Below, one piece after another: positions 12,301-27,219 of a DNA stretch of 64,000 bases. The DNA is from Auanema rhodensis (taxonomy: Eukaryota > Animalia > Nematoda): assembly GCA_964057225.1 (NCBI GenBank), contig OZ059896.1, positions 22,134,001 to 22,198,000 on the forward strand, given 5' to 3'. The notes beneath the pieces were generated by a model, which did no database searches, was not told the DNA's origin, and saw nothing but the letters and a program-made list of their open reading frames with translations. The position numbers and the translations under genes are program-made. Position 1 is the stretch's first letter; each line of letters opens with the position of its first letter.

Positions 12301-15300
12301 AATGTTGATTGTACATGGAAACTCAACATACACTAATGCATCATTTTTCAAACGATCATAACTAATTTTTGTATTAAGCGTTTCTCAATGTAGTATAGTG
12401 CATTCGATGCGGATTTTTAAGCTGCGTCGATCTGTGTTATCAGATTTGCGCTAGCTTAAAAATGCACCGAGATATCAACTGATATAAGTTCACACTTATA
12501 TCCTCGATTTTCACCCTGAAGAATTAATTTTTTCGTAGAATAACATTGTCCATCGTCTTTGCCTTGAAAAAAGGAATCTAAAAACATCTACTTTTTGCTA
12601 AATTATTTTGAAATTTTTCGAAAAAATTTTTGTCAAAATGTTTTTGGAAGCAATGTTGAGTGTACATGGAAACTCAACATACACTAATGCATCATTTTTC
12701 AAACGATCATAACTAATTTTTGTATTAAGCGTTTCTCAATGTAGTATAGTGCATTCGATGCGGATTTTTAAGCTGCGTCGATCTGTGTTATCAGACTTGC
12801 GCTAGCTTAAAAATGCACCGAGATATCAACTGATATAAGTTCACACTTATATCCTCGATTTTCACCCTGAAGAATTAATTTTTTCGTAGAATAACATTGT
12901 CCATCGTCTTTGTCTTGAAAAAAGGAATCTAAAAACATCTACTTTTTGCTAAATTATTTTGAAATTTTTCGAAAAAATTTTTGTCAAAATGTTTTTGGAA
13001 GCAATGTTGAGTGTACATGGAAACTCAACATACACTAATGCATCATTTTTCAAACGATCATAACTAATTTTTGTATTAAGCGTTCCTCAATGTAGTATAG
13101 TGCATTCGATGCGGATTTTTAAGCTGCGTCGATCTGTGTTATCAGATTTGCGCTAGCTTAAAAATGCACCGAGATATCAACTGATATAAGTTCACACTTA
13201 TATCCTCGATTTTCACCCTGAAGAATTAATTTTTTCGTAGAATAACATTGTCCATCGTCTTTGTCTTGAAAAAAGGAATCTAAAAACATCTACTTTTTGC
13301 TAAATTATTTTGAAATTTTTCGAAAAAATTTTTGTCAAAATGTTTTTGGAAGCAATGTTGAGTGTACATGGAAACTCAACATACACTAATGCATCATTTT
13401 TCAAACGATCATAACTAATTTTTGTATTAAGCGTTTCTCAATGTAGTATAGTGCATTCGATGCGGATTTTTAAGCTGCGTCGATCTGTGTTATCAGATTT
13501 GCGCTAGCTTAAAAATGCACCGAGATATCAACTGATATAAGTTCACACTTATATCCTCGATTTTCACCCTGAAGAATTAATTTTTTCGTAGAATAACATT
13601 GTCCATCGTCTTTGTCTTGAAAAAAGGAATCTAAAAACATCTACTTTTTGCTAAATTATTTTGAAATTTTTCGAAAAAATTTTTGTCAAAATGGTTTTGG
13701 AAGCAATGTTGAGTGTACATGGAAACTCAACATACACTAATGCATCATTTTTCAAACGATCATAACTAATTTTTGTATTAAGCGTTTCTCAATGTAGTAT
13801 AGTGCATTCGATGCGGATTTTTAAGCTGCGTCGATCTGTGTTATCAGATTTGCGCTAGCTTAAAAATGCACCGAGATATCAACTGATATAAGTTCACACT
13901 TATATCATCGATTTTCACCCTGAAGAATTAATTTTTTCGTTGAATAACATTGTCCATCGTCTTTGCCTTAAAAAAAGGAATCTAAAAACATCTACTTTTT
14001 GCTAAATTATTTTGAAAGTTTTCGAAAAAATTTTTGTCAAAATGTTTTTGGAAGCAATGTTGAGTGTACATGGAAACTCAACATACACTAATGCATCATT
14101 TTTCAAACGATCATAACTAATTTTTGTATTAAGCGTTTCTCAATGTAGTATAGTGCATTCGATGCGGATTTTTAAGCTGCGTCGATCTGTGTTATCAGAT
14201 TTGCGCTAGTTTAAAAATGCACCGAGATATCAACTGATATAAGTTCACACTTATATCCTCGATTTTCACCCTGAAGAATTGATTTTTTCGTTGAATAACA
14301 TTGTCCATCGTCTTTGCCTTAAAAACAGGAATCTAAAAACATCTACTTTTTGCTAAATTATTTTGAAAGTTTTCGAAAAAATTTTTGTCAAAATGTTTTT
14401 GGAAGCAATGTTGAGTGTACATGGAAACTCAACATACACTAATGCATCATTTTTCAAACGATCATAACTAATTTTTGTATTAAGCGTTTCTCAATGTAGT
14501 ATAGTGCATTCGATGCGGATTTTTAAGCTGCGTCGATCTGTGTTATCAGATTTGCGCTAGTTTAAAAATGCACCGAGATATCAACTGATATAAGTTCACA
14601 CTTATATCCTCGATTTTCACCCTGAAGAATTGATTTTTTCGTTGAATAACATTGTCCATCGTTTTTGCCTTGAAAAAAGAAATTTAAAAACATCTACTTT
14701 TTGCTAAATTATTTTGAAATTTTTCGAAAAAATTTTTGTCAAAATGTTTTTGGAAGCAATGTTGATTGTACATGGAAACTCAACATACACTAATGCATCA
14801 TTTTTCAAACGATCATAACTAATTTTTGTATTAAGCGTTTCTCAATGTAGTATAGTGCATTCGATGCGGATTTTTAAGCTGCGTCGATCTGTGTTATCAG
14901 ATTTGCGCTAGCTTAAAAATGCACCGAGATATCAACTGATATAAGTTCACACTTATATCCTCGATTTTCACCCTGAAGAATTAATTTTTTCGTAGAATAA
15001 CATTGTCCATCGTCTTTGCCTTAAAAAAAGGAATCTAAAAACATCTACTTTTTGCTAAATTATTCTGAAATTTTTTGAAAACATTTTTGTCAAAATGTTT
15101 TTGGAAGCAATGTTGATTGTACATGGAAACTCAACATACACTAATGCATCATTTTTCAAACGATCATAACTAATTTTTGTATTAAGCGTTTCTCAATGTG
15201 GTATAGTGCATTCGATGCGGATTTTTAAGCTGCGTCGATCTGTGTTATCAGATTTGCGCTAGTTTAAAAATGCACCGAGATATCAACTGATATAAGTTCA

Positions 15301-17344
15301 CACTTATATCCTCGATTTTCACCCTGAAGAATTGATTTTTTCGTTGAATAACATTGTCCATCGTTTTTGCCTTGAAAAAAGAAATTTAAAAACATCTACT
15401 TTTTGCTAAATTATTTTGAAATTTTTCGAAAAAATTTTTGTCAAAATGTTTTTGGAAGCAATGTTGAGTGTACATGGAAACTCAACATACACTAATGCAT
15501 CATTTTTCAAACGATCATAACTAATTTTTGTATTAAGCGTTTCTCAATGTAGTATAGTGCATTCGATGCGGATTTTTAAGCTGCGTCGATCTGTGTTATC
15601 AGATTTGCGCTAGCTTAAAAATGCACCGAGATATCAACTGATATAAGTTCACACTTATATCCTCGATTTTCACCCTGAAGAATTAATTTTTTCGTAGAAT
15701 AACATTGTCCATCGTCTTTGCCTTGAAAAAAGGAATCTAAAAACATCTACTTTTTGCTAAATTATTTTGAAATTTTTCGAAAAAATTTTTGTCAAAATGT
15801 TTTTGGAAGCAATGTTGAGTGTACATGGAAACTCAACATACACTAATGCATCATTTTTCAAACGATCATAACTAATTTTTGTATTAAGCGTTTCTCAATG
15901 TAGTATAGTGCATTCGATGCGGATTTTTAAGCTGCGTCGATCTGTGTTATCAGATTTGCGCTAGCTTAAAAATGCACCGAGATATCAACTGATATAAGTT
16001 CACACTTATATCATCGATTTTCACCCTGAAGAATTAATTTTTTCGTTGAATAACATTGTCCATCGTCTTTGCCTTAAAAAAAGGAATCTAAAAACATCTA
16101 CTTTTTGCTAAATTATTTTGAAAGTTTTCGAAAAAATTTTTGTCAAAATGTTTTTGGAAGCAATGTTGATTGTACATGGAAACTCAACATACACTAATGC
16201 ATCATTTTTCAAACGATCATAACTAATTTTTGTATTAAGCGTTTCTCAATGTAGTATAGTGCATTCGATGCGGATTTTTAAGCTGCGTCGATCTGTGTTA
16301 TCAGATTTGCGCTAGCTTAAAAATGCACCGAGATATCAACTGATATAAGTTCACACTTATATCCTCGATTTTCACCCTGAAGAATTAATTTTTTCGTCGA
16401 ATAACATTGTCCATCGTCTTTGCTTTGAAAAAAGAAATCTAAAAACATCTACTTTTTGCTAAATTATTCTGAAATTTTTTGAAAACATTTTTGTCAAAAT
16501 GTTTTTGGAAGCAATGTTGATTGTACATGGAAACTCAACATACACTAATGCATCATTTTTCAAACGATCATAACTAATTTTTGTATTAAGCGTTTCTCAA
16601 TGTAGTATAGTGCATTTGATGCGGATTTTTAAGCTGCGTCGATCTGTGTTATCAGATTTGCGCTAGCTTAAAAATGCACCGAGATATCAACTGATATAAG
16701 TTCACACTTATATCCTCGATTTTCACCCTGAAGAATTAATTTTTTCGTTGAATAACATTGTCCATCGTTTTTGCCTTGAAAAAAGAAATCTAAAAACATC
16801 TACTTTTTGCTAAATTATTCTGAAATTTTTCGAAAAAAGTTTTGTCAAAATGTTTTTGGAAGCAATGTTGATTGTACTTGGAAACTCAACATACACTAAT
16901 GCATCATTTTTCAAACGATCATAACTAATTTTTGTATTAAGCGTTTCTCAATGTAGTATAGTGCATTCGATGCGGATTTTTAAGCTGCGTCGATCTGTGT
17001 TATCAGATTTGCGCTAGCTTAAAAATGCACCGAGATATCAACTGATATAAGTTCACACTTATATCCTCGATTTTCACCCTGAAGAATTAATTTTTTCGTT
17101 GAATAACATTGTCCATCGTCTTTGCCTTAAAAAAAGGAGTCTAAAAACATCTACTTTTTGTTAAATTATTCTGAATTTTTTTGAAAACATTTTTGTCAAA
17201 ATGTTTTTGGAAGCAATGTTGATTGTACATGGAAACTCAACATACACTAATGCATCATTTTTCAAACGATCATAACTAATTTTTGTATTAAGCGTTTCTC
17301 AATGTAGTATAGTGCATTTGATGCGGATTTTTAAGCTGCGTCGT

Positions 17345-20300
17345 TCTGTGTTATCAGATTTGCGCTAGCTTAAAAATGCACCGAGATATCAACTGATATA
17401 AGTTCACACTTATATCCTCGATTTTCACCCTGAAGAATTAATTTTTTCGTTGAATAACATTGTCCATCGTTTTTGCCTTGAAAAAAGAAATCTAAAAACA
17501 TCTACTTTTTGCTAAATTATTCTGAAATTTTTCGAAAAAAGTTTTGTCAAAATGTTTTTGGAAGCAATGTTGATTGTACATGGAAACTCAACATACACTA
17601 ATGCATCATTTTTCAAACGATCATAACTAATTTTTGTATTAAGCGTTTCTCAATGTAGTATAGTGCATTCGATGCGGATTTTTAAGCTGCGTCGATCTGT
17701 GTTATCAGATTTGCGCTAGCTTAAAAATGCACCGAGATATCAACTGATATAAGTTCACACTTATATCCTCGATTTTCACCCTGAAGAATTAATTTTTTCG
17801 TTGAATAACATTGTCCATCGTCTTTGCCTTAAAAAAGGAGTCTAAAAACATCTACTTTTTGTTAAATTATTCTGAAATTTTTTGAAAACATTTTTGTCAA
17901 AATGTTTTTGGAAGCAATGTTGATTGTACATGGAAACTCAACATACACTAATGCATCATTTTTCAAACGATCATAACTAATTTTTGTATTAAGCGTTTCT
18001 CAATGTAGTATAGTGCATTCGATGCGGATTTTTAAGCTGCGTCGATCTGTGTTATCAGATTTGCGCTAGCTTAAAAATGCACCGAGATATCAACTGATAT
18101 AAGTTCACACTTATATCCTCGATTTTCACCCTGAAGAATTAATTTTTTCGTTGAATAACATTGTCCATCGTCTTTGCCTTAAAAAAAGGAGTCTAAAAAC
18201 ATCTACTTTTTGTTAAATTATTCTGAAATTTTTTGAAAACATTTTTGTCAAAATGTTTTTGGAAGCAATGTTGATTGTACATGGAAACTCAACATACACT
18301 AATGCATCATTTTTCAAACGATCATAACTAATTTTTGTATTAAGCGTTTCTCAATGTAGTATAGTGCATTTGATGCGGATTTTTAAGCTGCGTCGATCTG
18401 TGTTATCAGATTTGCGCTAGCTTAAAAATGCACCGAGATATCAACTGATATAAGTTCACACTTATATCCTCGATTTTCACCCTGAAGAATTGATTTTTTC
18501 GTTGAATAACATTGTCCATCGTTTTTGCCTTGAAAAAAAAAATCTAAAAACATCTACTTTTTGCTAAATTATTCTGAAATTTTTCGAAAAAAGTTTTGTC
18601 AAAATGTTTTTGGAAGCAATGTTGATTGTACATGGAAACTCAACATACACTAAAGCATCATGTTTCAAACGATCATAACTAATTTTTGTATTAAGCGTTT
18701 CTCAATGTAGTATAGTGTATTCGATGCGGATTTTTAAGCTGCGTCGATCTGTGTTATCAGATTTGCGCTAGCTTAAAAATGCACCGAGATATCAACTGAT
18801 ATAAGTTCACACTTATATCCTCGATTTTCACCCTGAAGAATTAATTTTTTCGTCGAATAACATTGTCCATCGTCTTTGCTTTGAAAAAAGGAATTTAAAA
18901 ACATCTACTTTTTGCTAAATTATTTTGAAATTTTTCGAAAAAATTTTTGTCAAAATGTTTTTGGAAGCAATGTTGAGTGTACATGGAAACTCAACATACA
19001 CTAATGCATCATGTTTCAAACGATCATAACTAATTTTTGTATTAAGCGTTTCTCAATGTAGTATAGTGCATTCGATGCGGATTTTTAAGCTGCGTCGATC
19101 TGTGTTATCAGATTTGCGCTAGCTTAAAAATGCACCGAGATATCAACTGATATAAGTTCACACTTATATCCTCGATTTTCACCCTGAAGAATTAATTTTT
19201 TCGTCGAATAACATTGTCCATCGTCTTTGCTTTGAAAAAAGGAATCTAAAAACATCTACTTTTTGCTAAATTATTTTGAAATTTTTCGAAAAAATTTTTG
19301 TCAAAATGTTTTTGGAAGCAATGTTGAGTGTACATGGAAACTCAACATACACTAATGCATCATTTTTCAAACGATCATAACTAATTTTTGTATTAAGCGT
19401 TTCTCAATGTAGTATAGTGCATTTGATGCGGATTTTTAAGCTGCGTCGATCTGTGTTATCAGATTTGCGCTAGCTTAAAAATGCACCGAGATATCAACTG
19501 ATATAAGTTCACACTTATATCCTCGATTTTCACCCTGAAGAATTGATTTTTTCGTTGAATAACATTGTCCATCGTTTTTGCCTTGAAAAAAGAAATCTAA
19601 AAACATCTACTTTTTGCTAAATTATTCTGAAATTTTTCGAAAAAAGTTTTTTCAAAATGTTTTTGGAAGCAATGTTGATTGTACATGGAAACTCAACATA
19701 CACTAAAGCATCATGTTTCAAACGATCATAACTAATTTTTGTATTAAGCGTTTCTCAATGTAGTATAGTGTATTCGATGCGGATTTTTAAGCTGCGTCGA
19801 TCTGTGTTATCAGATTTGCGCTAGCTTAAAAATGCACCGAGATATCAACTGATATAAGTTCACACTTATATCCTCGATTTTCACCCTGAAGAATTAATTT
19901 TTTCGTCGAATAACATTGTCCATCGTCTTTGCTTTGAAAAAAGGAATCTAAAAACATCTACTTTTTGCTAAATTATTTTGAAATTTTTCGAAAAAATTTT
20001 TGTCAAAATGTTTTTGGAAGCAATGTTGAGTGTACATGGAAACTCAACATACACTAATGCATCATTTTTCAAACGATCATAACTAATTTTTGTATCAAGC
20101 GTTTCTTGATGTAGTATAGTGCATTCGATGTGGATTTTTAAGCTGCGTCGATCTGTGTTATCAGATTTGCGCTAGCTTAAAAATGCACCGAGATATCAAC
20201 TGATATAAGTTCACACTTATATCCTCGATTTTCACCCTGAAGAATTAATTTTTTCGTTGAATAACATTGTCCATCGTTTTTGCCTTGAAAAAAGAAATCT

Positions 20301-23300
20301 AAAAACATCTACTTTTTGCTAAATTATTCTGAAATTTTTCGAAAAAAGTTTTGTCAAAATGTTTTTGGAAGCAATGTTGATTGTACATGGAAACTCAACA
20401 TACACTAATGCATCATTTTTCAAACGATCATAACTAATTTTTGTATTAAGCGTTTCTCAATGTAGTATAGTGCATTCGATGCGGATTTTTAAGCTGCGTC
20501 GATCTGTGTTATCAGATTTGCGCTAGCTTAAAAATGCACCGAGATATCAACTGATATAAGTTCACACTTATATCCTCGATTTTCACCCTGAAGAATTAAT
20601 TTTTTCGTTGAATAACATTGTCCATCGTCTTTGCCTTAAAAAAGGAGTCTAAAAACATCTACTTTTTGTTAAATTATTCTGAAATTTTTTGAAAACATTT
20701 TTGTCAAAATGTTTTTGGAAGCAATGTTGATTGTACATGGAAACTCAACATACACTAATGCATCATTTTTCAAACGATCATAACTAATTTTTGTATTAAG
20801 CGTTTCTCAATGTAGTATAGTGCATTCGATGCGGATTTTTAAGCTGCGTCGATCTGTGTTATCAGATTTGCGCTAGCTTAAAAATGCACCGAGATATCAA
20901 CTGATATAAGTTCACACTTATATCCTCGATTTTCACCCTGAAGAATTAATTTTTTCGTTGAATAACATTGTCCATCGTCTTTGCCTTAAAAAAAGGAGTC
21001 TAAAAACATCTACTTTTTGTTAAATTATTCTGAAATTTTTTGAAAACATTTTTGTCAAAATGTTTTTGGAAGCAATGTTGATTGTACATGGAAACTCAAC
21101 ATACACTAATGCATCATTTTTCAAACGATCATAACTAATTTTTGTATTAAGCGTTTCTCAATGTAGTATAGTGCATTTGATGCGGATTTTTAAGCTGCGT
21201 CGATCTGTGTTATCAGATTTGCGCTAGCTTAAAAATGCACCGAGATATCAACTGATATAAGTTCACACTTATATCCTCGATTTTCACCCTGAAGAATTGA
21301 TTTTTTCGTTGAATAACATTGTCCATCGTTTTTGCCTTGAAAAAAAAAATCTAAAAACATCTACTTTTTGCTAAATTATTCTGAAATTTTTCGAAAAAAG
21401 TTTTGTCAAAATGTTTTTGGAAGCAATGTTGATTGTACATGGAAACTCAACATACACTAAAGCATCATGTTTCAAACGATCATAACTAATTTTTGTATTA
21501 AGCGTTTCTCAATGTAGTATAGTGTATTCGATGCGGATTTTTAAGCTGCGTCGATCTGTGTTATCAGATTTGCGCTAGCTTAAAAATGCACCGAGATATC
21601 AACTGATATAAGTTCACACTTATATCCTCGATTTTCACCCTGAAGAATTAATTTTTTCGTCGAATAACATTGTCCATCGTCTTTGCTTTGAAAAAAGGAA
21701 TCTAAAAACATCTACTTTTTGCTAAATTATTTTGAAATTTTTCGAAAAAATTTTTGTCAAAATGTTTTTGGAAGCAATGTTGAGTGTACATGGAAACTCA
21801 ACATACACTAATGCATCATGTTTCAAACGATCATAACTAATTTTTGTATTAAGCGTTTCTCAATGTAGTATAGTGCATTCGATGCGGATTTTTAAGCTGC
21901 GTCGATCTGTGTTATCAGATTTGCGCTAGCTTAAAAATGCACCGAGATATCAACTGATATAAGTTCACACTTATATCCTCGATTTTCACCCTGAAGAATT
22001 AATTTTTTCGTCGAATAACATTGTCCATCGTCTTTGCTTTGAAAAAAGGAATCTAAAAACATCTACTTTTTGCTAAATTATTTTGAAATTTTTCGAAAAA
22101 ATTTTTGTCAAAATGTTTTTGGAAGCAATGTTGAGTGTACATGGAAACTCAACATACACTAATGCATCATTTTTCAAACGATCATAACTAATTTTTGTAT
22201 TAAGCGTTTCTCAATGTAGTATAGTGCATTTGATGCGGATTTTTAAGCTGCGTCGATCTGTGTTATCAGATTTGCGCTAGCTTAAAAATGCACCGAGATA
22301 TCAACTGATATAAGTTCACACTTATATCCTCGATTTTCACCCTGAAGAATTGATTTTTTCGTTGAATAACATTGTCCATCGTTTTTGCCTTGAAAAAAAA
22401 AATCTAAAAACATCTACTTTTTGCTAAATTATTCTGAAATTTTTCGAAAAAAGTTTTGTCAAAATGTTTTTGGAAGCAATGTTGATTGTACATGGAAACT
22501 CAACATACACTAAAGCATCATGTTTCAAACGATCATAACTAATTTTTGTATTAAGCGTTTCTCAATGTAGTATAGTGTATTCGATGCGGATTTTTAAGCT
22601 GCGTCGATCTGTGTTATCAGATTTGCGCTAGCTTAAAAATGCACCGAGATATCAACTGATATAAGTTCACACTTATATCCTCGATTTTCACCCTGAAGAA
22701 TTAATTTTTTCGTCGAATAACATTGTCCATCGTCTTTGCTTTGAAAAAAGGAATCTAAAAACATCTACTTTTTGCTAAATTATTTTGAAATTTTTCGAAA
22801 AAATTTTTGTCAAAATGTTTTTGGAAGCAATGTTGAGTGTACATGGAAACTCAACATACACTAATGCATCATGTTTCAAACGATCATAACTAATTTTTGT
22901 ATTAAGCGTTTCTCAATGTAGTATAGTGCATTCGATGCGGATTTTTAAGCTGCGTCGATCTGTGTTATCAGATTTGCGCTAGCTTAAAAATGCACCGAGA
23001 TATCAACTGATATAAGTTCACACTTATATCCTCGATTTTCACCCTGAAGAATTAATTTTTTCGTCGAATAACATTGTCCATCGTCTTTGCTTTGAAAAAA
23101 GGAATCTAAAAACATCTACTTTTTGCTAAATTATTTTGAAATTTTTCGAAAAAATTTTTGTCAAAATGTTTTTGGAAGCAATGTTGAGTGTACATGGAAA
23201 CTCAACATACACTAATGCATCATTTTTCAAACGATCATAACTAATTTTTGTATTAAGCGTTTCTCAATGTAGTATAGTGCATTTGATGCGGATTTTTAAG

Positions 23301-24131
23301 CTGCGTCGATCTGTGTTATCAGATTTGCGCTAGCTTAAAAATGCACCGAGATATCAACTGATATAAGTTCACACTTATATCCTCGATTTTCACCCTGAAG
23401 AATTGATTTTTTCGTTGAATAACATTGTCCATCGTTTTTGCCTTGAAAAAAGAAATCTAAAAACATCTACTTTTTGCTAAATTATTCTGAAATTTTTCGA
23501 AAAAAGTTTTTTCAAAATGTTTTTGGAAGCAATGTTGATTGTACATGGAAACTCAACATACACTAAAGCATCATGTTTCAAACGATCATAACTAATTTTT
23601 GTATTAAGCGTTTCTCAATGTAGTATAGTGTATTCGATGCGGATTTTTAAGCTGCGTCGATCTGTGTTATCAGATTTGCGCTAGCTTAAAAATGCACCGA
23701 GATATCAACTGATATAAGTTCACACTTATATCCTCGATTTTCACCCTGAAGAATTAATTTTTTCGTCGAATAACATTGTCCATCGTCTTTGCTTTGAAAA
23801 AAGGAATCTAAAAACATCTACTTTTTGCTAAATTATTTTGAAATTTTTCGAAAAAATTTTTGTCAAAATGTTTTTGGAAGCAATGTTGAGTGTACATGGA
23901 AACTCAACATACACTAATGCATCATTTTTCAAACGATCATAACTAATTTTTGTATCAAGCGTTTCTTGATGTAGTATAGTGCATTCGATGTGGATTTTTA
24001 AGCTGCGTCGATCTGTGTTATCAGATTTGCGCTAGCTTAAAAATGCACCGAGATATCAACTGATATAAGTTCACACTTATATCCTCGATTTTCACCCTGA
24101 AGAATTAATTTTTTCGTTGAATAACATTGTC
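17345..24131. repeat. 8-monomer duplication with a nested 3-monomer duplication in the second copy
   Basis: The A-deletion monomers M51 (17551) and M59 (20358) are 2807 apart. p347T at 19651/23511 and the p90C+p101T+p102G+p125T haplotype at M58/M69 are 3860 apart (2807+1053). Confidence 0.88.
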
Positions 24132-27100
24132 TATCGTCTTTGCCTTGAAAAATGGAATCTAAAAACATCTACTTTTTGCTAAATTATTTTGAAATTTTTC
24201 GAAAAAATTTTTATCAAAATGTTTTTGGAAGCAATGTTGAGTGTACATGGAAACTCAACATACACTAATGCATCATTTTTCAAACGATCATAACTAATTT
24301 TTGTATCAAGCGTTTCTCAATGTAGTATAGTGCATTCGATGCGGATTTTAAGCTGCGCCGATCTGTGTTATCAGATTTGCGCTAGCTTAAAAATGCACCG
24401 AGATATCAACTGATATAAGTTCACACTTATATCCTCGATTTTCACCCTGAAGAATTAATTTTTTCGTTGAATAACATTGTCCATCGTCTTTGCCTTGAAA
24501 AAAGGAATCTAAAAACATCTACTTTTTGCTAAATTATTTTGAAATTTTTCGAAAAAATTTTTGTCAAAATGTTTTTGGAAGCAATGTTGAGTGTACATGG
24601 AAACTCAACATACACTAATGCATCATTTTTCAAACGATCATAACTAATTTTTGTATCAAGCGTTTCTCAATGTAGTATAGTGCATTCGATGTGGATTTTT
24701 AAGCTGCGTCGATCTGTGTTATCAGATTTGCGCTAGCTTAAAAATGCACCGAGATATCAACTGATATAAGTTCACACATATATCCTCGATTTTCACCCTG
24801 AAGAATTAATTTTTTCGTTGAATAACATTGTCTATCGTCTTTGCCTTGAAAAATGGAATCTAAAAACGTCTACTTTTTGCTAAATTATTTTGAAATTTTT
24901 CGAAAAAATTTTTGTCAAAATGTTTTTGGAAGCAATGTTGAGTGTACATGGAAACTCAACATACACTAATGCATCATTTTTCAAACGATCATAACTAATT
25001 TTTGTATCAAGCGTTTCTTGATGTAGTATAGTGCATTCGATGCAGATTTTTAAGCTGCGTCGATCTGTGTTATCAGATTTGCGCTAGCTTAAAAATGCAC
25101 CGAGATATCAACTGATATAAGTTCACACTTATATCCTCGATTTTCACCCTGAAGAATTAATTTTTTCGTTGAATAACATTGTCTATCGTCTTTGCCTTGA
25201 AAAATGGAATCTAAAAACATCTACTTTTTGCTAAATTATTTTGAAATTTTTCGAAAAAATTTTTGTCAAAATGTTTTTGGAAGCAATGTTGAGTGTACAT
25301 GGAAACTCAACATACACTAATGCATCATTTTTCAAACGATCATAACTAATTTTTGTATCAAGCGTTTCTCAATGTAGTATAGTGCATTCGATGCGGATTT
25401 TAAGCTGCGCCGATCTGTGTTATCAGATTTGCGCTAGCTTAAAAATGCACCGAGATATCAACTGACATAAGTTCACACTTATATCCTCGATTTTCACCCT
25501 GAAGAATTAATTTTTTCGTTGAATAACATTGTCCATCGTCTTTGCCTTGAAAAAAGGAATCTAAAAACATCTACTTTTTGCTAAATTATTCTGAAATTTT
25601 TCGAAAAAATTTTTGTCAAAATGTTTTTGGAAGCAATGTTGAGTGTACATGGAAACTCAACATACACTAATGCATCATTTTTCAAACGATCATAACTAAT
25701 TTTTGTATCAAGCGTTTCTTGATGTAGTATAGTGCATTCGATGTGGATTTTTAAGCTGCGTCGATCTGTGTTATCAGATTTGCGCTAGCTTAAAAATGCA
25801 CCGAGATATCAACTGATATAAGTTCACACTTATATCCTCGATTTTCACCCTGAAGAATTAATTTTTTCGTTGAATAACATTGTCTATCGTCTTTGCCTTG
25901 AAAAATGGAATCTAAAAACATCTACTTTTTGCTAAATTATTTTGAAATTTTTCGAAAAAATTTTTATCAAAATGTTTTTGGAAGCAATGTTGAGTGTACA
26001 TGGAAACTCAACATACACTAATGCATCATTTTTCAAACGATCATAACTAATTTTTGTATCAAGCGTTTCTCAATGTAGTATAGTGCATTCGATGCGGATT
26101 TTAAGCTGCGCCGATCTGTGTTATCAGATTTGCGCTAGCTTAAAAATGCACCGAGATATCAACTGATATAAGTTCACACTTATATCCTCGATTTTCACCC
26201 TGAAGAATTAATTTTTTCGTTGAATAACATTGTCCATCGTCTTTGCCTTGAAAAAAGGAATCTAAAAACATCTACTTTTTGCTAAATTATTTTGAAATTT
26301 TTCGAAAAAATTTTTGTCAAAATGTTTTTGGAAGCAATGTTGAGTGTACATGGAAACTCAACATACACTAATGCATCATTTTTCAAACGATCATAACTAA
26401 TTTTTGTATCAAGCGTTTCTCAATGTAGTATAGTGCATTCGATGTGGATTTTTAAGCTGCGTCGATCTGTGTTATCAGATTTGCGCTAGCTTAAAAATGC
26501 ACCGAGATATCAACTGATATAAGTTCACACATATATCCTCGATTTTCACCCTGAAGAATTAATTTTTTCGTTGAATAACATTGTCTATCGTCTTTGCCTT
26601 GAAAAATGGAATCTAAAAACATCTACTTTTTGCTAAATTATTTTGAAATTTTTCGAAAAAATTTTTGTCAAAATGTTTTTGGAAGCAATGTTGAGTGTAC
26701 ATGGAAACTCAACATACACTAATGCATCATTTTTCAAACGATCATAACTAATTTTTGTATCAAGCGTTTCTTGATGTAGTATAGTGCATTCGATGCAGAT
26801 TTTTAAGCTGCGTCGATCTGTGTTATCAGATTTGCGCTAGCTTAAAAATGCACCGAGATATCAACTGATATAAGTTCACACTTATATCCTCGATTTTCAC
26901 CCTGAAGAATTAATTTTTTCGTTGAATAACATTGTCTATCGTCTTTGCCTTGAAAAATGGAATCTAAAAACATCTACTTTTTGCTAAATTATTTTGAAAT
27001 TTTTCGAAAAAATTTTTGTCAAAATGTTTTTGGAAGCAATGTTGAGTGTACATGGAAACTCAACATACACTAATGCATCATTTTTCAAACGATCATAACT

Positions 27101-27219
27101 AATTTTTGTATCAAGCGTTTCTCAATGTAGTATAGTGCATTCGATGCGGATTTTAAGCTGCGCCGATCTGTGTTATCAGATTTGCGCTAGCTTAAAAATG
27201 CACCGAGATATCAACTGAT
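23867..27219. repeat. 5-monomer (1753-bp) duplication
   Basis: M69=M74 (private p347A), M70=M75, M71~M76 (p211A), M72=M77 (p126A), M73~M78 first half. Confidence 0.85.

Larger units (their letters stand above)
1..23866. repeat. Haplotype domain A (M1-M68)
   Basis: Variants p24T (last at 23539), p218A (last at 16013), p272T, p252A/C, p323C, p334T/p340C are confined or nearly confined here. p90C is absent except in chimeric M58. Confidence 0.85.
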
